Assembly: GCA_965261085.1 (NCBI GenBank)
Contig: OZ253442.1
Coordinates: 2,560,001 to 2,624,000, forward strand
Source: a bacterium
GTDB taxonomy: Bacteria > UBA8248
DNA: 64,000 bases
Direction: 5' to 3'
Each line of letters starts with the position of its first letter. Within the stretch, counting starts at the first letter, position 1. Both the position numbers and the translations under genes were made by a program. Under the pieces are notes generated by a model. The model worked only from the letters and a program-made list of their open reading frames with translations, did no database searches and was not told the DNA's origin. Positions 59,731 to 64,000 of the stretch are shown here, piece after piece.

Positions 59731-61818
59731 ATGGCGGCGCACGAAACAGACAAAATTCGAAACGTTGCTTTGGTGGGGGAGGGAGGAAATGGAAAAACTT
59801 CTCTCGTTGAAGCCTGCCTCTTCACCGCGGGAAGCACGGACAGGCAAGGGAAGGTTGATGCGGGTAGCACGATTCTCGACTCGGAACCCGAAGAGGTCAA
59901 GAGAAACTCCTCGATCTTGGGAGCAGTGGCCTACGCCGATTGGAACAGGCATCGCTTCAATCTTTTCGATACGCCGGGGTATTCGAATTTCATATCGGAT
60001 ACCGTCGCGGCCATTCGCGCATGTGACAACGCCGTCGTCGTCCTGAATTCTCATTCAGAGCCGAAAGTGATTACCGAAAAAGTTCTGGGCTGGGCCGAGG
60101 AAGAAGGCTTGGCCACATTCATATATCTGAACCAGATGGATCATGAACAAGCCGATTTGAGCCGTGCGATGGAATATGCGGAAAAGACGATCAATAAACG
60201 TCTCGTCGTATTGCAGCTCCCCATGAACCCGGGTGCCGATTTCAACGGGGTTGTCGATCTTATCTCGGGCAAAGCTTACACCTACCAGGTGGAAGGTAAT
60301 GGAAAAGGTGTGGAAAGCGACGTTCCGGCGGAACTTGCAGATGCCTATGAAGAGTATCGTGGGCAGCTCATCGAGTTCGCGGCGGAGGCGAACGAAGAAG
60401 TCCTCGAGAAATATCTGGAGGGAGAGGAACTTTCGCCGGATGAGATCGTTCAGGGGTTGCGCCATGGCATTCAGGAAGGTTCTTTCTTTCCGGTTTTGTG
60501 CGGGTGTGGTTTGAAAAACGTAGGTACGGACCTTTTACTCAAAGCGATTGAGCAGTTTGGCGCCTCGCCTTTGGCGCATGAATTCAAAGCGAAAGACACG
60601 AACGGCGAGGAAATGAGCATCAAAGCGGATTCAGACGAGCCTTTCCGCGCCTTGGTGTTCAAGACGGTAGTGGACGCTTTCGCCGGCAAGTTGAATTATT
60701 TCCGGGTGGTCTCGGGCGAGGTTTCTTCCGATGCCAGTGTTCTCAACACCACGCAATCGGAGAAAGAGAGAATCGGTTCTTTGCTCTTCATTCAGGGGAA
60801 AGGACAGTCTCCCGTCTCCGACAAACTTGTGCCGGGAGATATCGCCGCGCTCGCCAAGCTGAAAACCACGAGAACGGGGGATACGCTTTGCGACGAGGCC
60901 GGCGCCGTTGTGTTCGAGCCCATCAACTTCCCATCGCCCGTCATCTCCTATGCAGTGGCTTCCAAGACCAAGGGCGATGAGGAAAAACTCAGCACGGCCC
61001 TCGCGCGTTTGCGCGATGAGGACCCCGCGCTGACCATCAGCCGTGACCCCCAAACAAAAGAGATGCTTCTTTCGGGCCTGGGCGTTTTGCATATCGAGGT
61101 GATGGTCGAACGCATCAAGCGCAAATATGGCGTAGAAGTGGAGATGAAGACACCGCGCGTGCCCTACAAGGAAACGATTAAGGGCAGAACCAAGGTGCAG
61201 GGCCGCTACAAGAAGCAAACCGGTGGACGAGGGCAGTTTGGAGACACCTGGCTTGAGATTGAACCGCTGCAGCGAGGAGGCGGGTTCGAGTTCGTGGACA
61301 AGATTGTGGGCGGAGCGATTCCCAAGACATACATTCCGGCCGTGGCGAAGGGGATTGTGGAGGCGATGGATTCTGGAACTTTGGCCGGCTACCCCGTGAC
61401 GGATCTGAAAATCACGCTTTACGACGGCAGTTTTCACAACGTCGACAGTTCCGAAATGGCGTTCAAAATAGCTGGTTCGCTCGGTTTCAAGAAAGGCGTT
61501 CAGGAATGCAGGCCAACTCTCATCGAGCCTATTATGAACATGCAAATCGTTGTTCCCGAAGAGTACATGGGCGACATCATCGGGGACATGAATTCACGTA
61601 GGGGCAGGGTGCTTGGGATGGATCCCGGCATTGGCGGCAAGCAGGCCATCAAGTCTCAAGTTCCCATGGCGGAGGTTTTGAACTATGCGCCCGCGCTGCG
61701 ATCGCTTACCGCAGATCGTGGTGATTTCTCTATGGAATTTTCTCATTACGAGGAAGTGCCGGGACAGATTACTGAAAAAATTATATCTGAAGCGGCGATT
61801 GCCCGTGAGAGCGAATAA
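59731..61818 (+). CDS. fusA: Elongation factor G paralog (EF-G2-like)
   Basis: Full EF-G domain set (KKQTGGRGQFG, GSFHNVDSSEMAF), located outside the str operon, with divergent G motifs. Confidence 0.9.
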   Translation: MAAHETDKIRNVALVGEGGNGKTSLVEACLFTAGSTDRQGKVDAGSTILDSEPEEVKRNSSILGAVAYADWNRHRFNLFDTPGYSNFISDTVAAIRACDNAVVVLNSHSEPKVITEKVLGWAEEEGLATFIYLNQMDHEQADLSRAMEYAEKTINKRLVVLQLPMNPGADFNGVVDLISGKAYTYQVEGNGKGVESDVPAELADAYEEYRGQLIEFAAEANEEVLEKYLEGEELSPDEIVQGLRHGIQEGSFFPVLCGCGLKNVGTDLLLKAIEQFGASPLAHEFKAKDTNGEEMSIKADSDEPFRALVFKTVVDAFAGKLNYFRVVSGEVSSDASVLNTTQSEKERIGSLLFIQGKGQSPVSDKLVPGDIAALAKLKTTRTGDTLCDEAGAVVFEPINFPSPVISYAVASKTKGDEEKLSTALARLRDEDPALTISRDPQTKEMLLSGLGVLHIEVMVERIKRKYGVEVEMKTPRVPYKETIKGRTKVQGRYKKQTGGRGQFGDTWLEIEPLQRGGGFEFVDKIVGGAIPKTYIPAVAKGIVEAMDSGTLAGYPVTDLKITLYDGSFHNVDSSEMAFKIAGSLGFKKGVQECRPTLIEPIMNMQIVVPEEYMGDIIGDMNSRRGRVLGMDPGIGGKQAIKSQVPMAEVLNYAPALRSLTADRGDFSMEFSHYEEVPGQITEKIISEAAIARESE

Positions 61819-61841
61819 TTCGCATATAGAGGGTTCTTATC

Positions 61842-62999
61842 ATGGCGAGAAAAGGGGTGAATCTTCTGGAAGGCGATGATGAGGAAAGGGAAGGCGATTC
61901 GGAGGAAGACTCCGGAGACGACGGAGGAAGTTACGAACGGCGCAGAGGTGGTTTCGTCGATGTCTTGATGGTCATCCTGTTCGTGTGTGTCATGCTGGGT
62001 GGAGTGGCATGGGCGGGATATCAGTTTTGGTGGCTTCCCAAAATGAAAAATGCGGCGCAACTCAAAAGAGCCCGCATAACTCAAGAGAAGCAAAGAAGAA
62101 TTCGTTTGGCGAAGATGAGAATATCGGCTGAGGGTATGAAACGGGCTCCTGGCGCCCCTGGACAACTTCAGCAAGCCGAGAGCGCCCAGGAGCAAAAAAG
62201 AACTCTTGATGAATCGGCTCGAACAGAGCAGCCCGAGCGCCCCGCACCTTCAAGGCCAGCCGAAAAACCAGATACCCCTGCTAAATCGATGATGAAACAA
62301 AAAGCCAAGCCCTTAAAGCCGGATAAAAAGCCGGCGCGGGAGATGATGGTGGCCGCTAAAATGCCCGAGAAAAAAGCTCCGGCTAAAACAACAGAACCCA
62401 GGCGGCCGAGTCCCGTGAGAAAACAGGTTGTTGGGGAAAAAGCTGAGACGGCGAAACCGGGGAAAGCGAAAATCCGAAGTGGGGCAGGCGTCCGTAAACC
62501 GTCTCAGGGTTTTTACTATAGCGTTCAGGTGGCTTCCTGCCTTACCGGGCGTTGCGCGGAATCATTTTCAAAACGCTTGAGGGGTAAGGGCTTTACCCCC
62601 TTCAAGATTGCAGGAGCAAGCCGCGCGAGGAGGCGCAGTGGTCGAATGACGGAGGTGCGACTCGGCTCGTTTTCGAGTCTTGCCGAGGCCCGGGCCTTGG
62701 CGAGCGAGGCGAGGAAGAAAAAGATCGGAGCCAGGGTGTACCGATATAAAAATCAATGGAGAGTGGCTGCAGGAAGTTTTAGAAATTTAGAAGATGCAGC
62801 CCTTCTCTTGGATCGTGCGGAAGATTCTGGTTTTCGTGGCGAGCTTGTCTCGCGGCTTGAAAGTGGCGGGACAAGGCGGCTTTACAAAATAAGAACCGGA
62901 AAATTCGAGAGTCTTCGTGATGCTTTGGCATTCAGGAAAAAAATCCGCCTTGCCGGATTTTCGGATGCCATCGTAGTTCGCCGAAGGTCGAGAAAATAG
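61842..62999 (+). CDS. SPOR-domain membrane protein
   Basis: Acidic N-terminus, TM helix, Pro/Lys-rich linker and SPOR-like segments (YSVQVAS, VRLGSF, VAAGSF, IRTGKF). Confidence 0.75.
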   Translation: MARKGVNLLEGDDEEREGDSEEDSGDDGGSYERRRGGFVDVLMVILFVCVMLGGVAWAGYQFWWLPKMKNAAQLKRARITQEKQRRIRLAKMRISAEGMKRAPGAPGQLQQAESAQEQKRTLDESARTEQPERPAPSRPAEKPDTPAKSMMKQKAKPLKPDKKPAREMMVAAKMPEKKAPAKTTEPRRPSPVRKQVVGEKAETAKPGKAKIRSGAGVRKPSQGFYYSVQVASCLTGRCAESFSKRLRGKGFTPFKIAGASRARRRSGRMTEVRLGSFSSLAEARALASEARKKKIGARVYRYKNQWRVAAGSFRNLEDAALLLDRAEDSGFRGELVSRLESGGTRRLYKIRTGKFESLRDALAFRKKIRLAGFSDAIVVRRRSRK

Positions 63000-63010
63000 G
63001 GAGTTTGGCC

Positions 63011-63433
63011 ATGCCCCAGACCGCCCGGAATCAGCACATACCCGACAAGTTGTTTTTCAAGATCGGTGAAGTGGCGGAATTGACGGGTACGAAGCCCCAT
63101 GTATTGCGTTACTGGGAGAGTGAATTCCGAATGCTCCGGCCGGCGAAAGGTGATTCTGGACAACGCATTTATCGCCGCAAAGACGTTGAACTCGTTTTTT
63201 CGATCAAACAATTGTTGTATGAAGAGAACTTCACCATTGCCGGAGCCAAGAAACAGCTTCATAAGCAAAGAGCAGCGAGAGCTGAGGCGAATAAGGCGAA
63301 AAAGCCTGTCGAAGCCAAGCCGGAAATTGCTCCTGTGTTGCCGTTTGAAAGCTCAAGTCGGGAAAACATCGATCTGGCGTGGATTCGCAAAGAACTCAGG
63401 GAAATTATCGGAATTCTTAATAGGGGCCGTTGA
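63011..63433 (+). CDS. MerR-family HTH transcriptional regulator
   Basis: [13 protein letters not shown]...[10 protein letters not shown]...GQRIY...TIAGA. Confidence 0.9.
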   Translation: MPQTARNQHIPDKLFFKIGEVAELTGTKPHVLRYWESEFRMLRPAKGDSGQRIYRRKDVELVFSIKQLLYEENFTIAGAKKQLHKQRAARAEANKAKKPVEAKPEIAPVLPFESSSRENIDLAWIRKELREIIGILNRGR

Positions 63434-63488
63434 GGCTTGCCTGGATTCGATTTACTTACTTCGCGCCGGTCCGCATTTCGAAAAGCGA

Positions 63489-63517
63489 TTGACGGATCGG
63501 CCCGTTCCGCTTATTGT
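63489..63517 (+). promoter_or_regulatory. Putative sigma70 promoter
   Basis: TTGACG-N17-TATTGT. Confidence 0.5.
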
Positions 63518-63654
63518 GCCACCGCTCATTTCCAAGGACGGAAACCGCGCAAGAGGTTTTTTGAATCTGGATAGCTGACGCGAGAATGGTTCATAGATTT
63601 CGGTGGCGCCATTGTCGCTGATATGGGATTTTAACCCTAAAGGATTATGGTGAG

Positions 63655-64000
63655 ATGGCCAGGACTTTCAGGAAAGAAATCCGGCAGCCGGATGCATTGC
63701 AGACTTATGGAAGAAAAATGGTTCTTTGGTTCATTGAGAACCAGAAGATTTTCTATGTGGGGCTGGGCGCTGTTATTGTGGTGGCGGCCATTTTTGTGGG
63801 CTACCGTATGTGGGATGAGCGCGCAAGAGAAAAAGCGTCCTTGGCCTATGGTTTGGCCAAATTCGCTTCTCCGGACGGCAAGGGGGAAGCAGCGGAGGCC
63901 GCGTTTCAAAAAGTGGCTGACGAGTATCCACGCTCGCGCCCGGGCCTTCTGGCTCGATTACATCTGGCGGCTTTGCTGCGTGATAGAAAACAAATTCAAG
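63655..64000 (+). CDS. YfgM-like TM/TPR protein, N-terminal part (truncated by window end)
   Basis: Manual translation MARTFRKEIRQPDAL...WFIENQK-TM-...FQKVADEYPRS...ARLHLA stays open to the window edge. Confidence 0.7.
   Translation, partial: MARTFRKEIRQPDALQTYGRKMVLWFIENQKIFYVGLGAVIVVAAIFVGYRMWDERAREKASLAYGLAKFASPDGKGEAAEAAFQKVADEYPRSRPGLLARLHLAALLRDRKQIQ

Overview
This is a core-genome stretch of a Gram-negative (diderm) bacterium; the gene order resembles Nitrospinota/Desulfobacterota/Nitrospirota-type genomes (inference). Almost all genes are on the + strand; only rpsT is on the - strand. Gene order: argS(3' end), SPOR protein, lipA, alaC, hom, apgM-like, lysC, glyQS, ppdK, ribD/ribE/ribBX/ribH, nusB, M17-N-domain protein, lptE, holA, rpsT, murJ, xerD, phoH, 7TM-HD phosphodiesterase, ybeY, lapA, mutS, DUF4390-like, NtrY-like kinase, NtrX-LpxC fusion, purMN, lolA, rseP, ispG, proS, two small ORFs, tRNA-Met, tilS, ftsH, pdxJ, nnr, tsaE, lptCAB, rpoN, hprK, EIIA(Man), HPr, metK, ahcY, amidase, der, EF-G paralog, SPOR protein, MerR-family regulator, and a truncated YfgM-like gene. 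I saw no mobile elements or CRISPR arrays. The standout is ORF 32555-34687. It encodes an intact phospho-receiver domain, a degenerate sigma54-type AAA+ domain and a Fis-type HTH, fused in frame to a catalytically intact LpxC, the enzyme for the committed step of lipid A synthesis. It overlaps the end of an NtrY-like sensor kinase gene, which suggests a two-component system that directly controls lipid A biosynthesis. Other points of note: an ApgM-like pseudo-enzyme, a RibBX with a dead GTP cyclohydrolase domain, unannotated microproteins, and several candidate structured RNAs.
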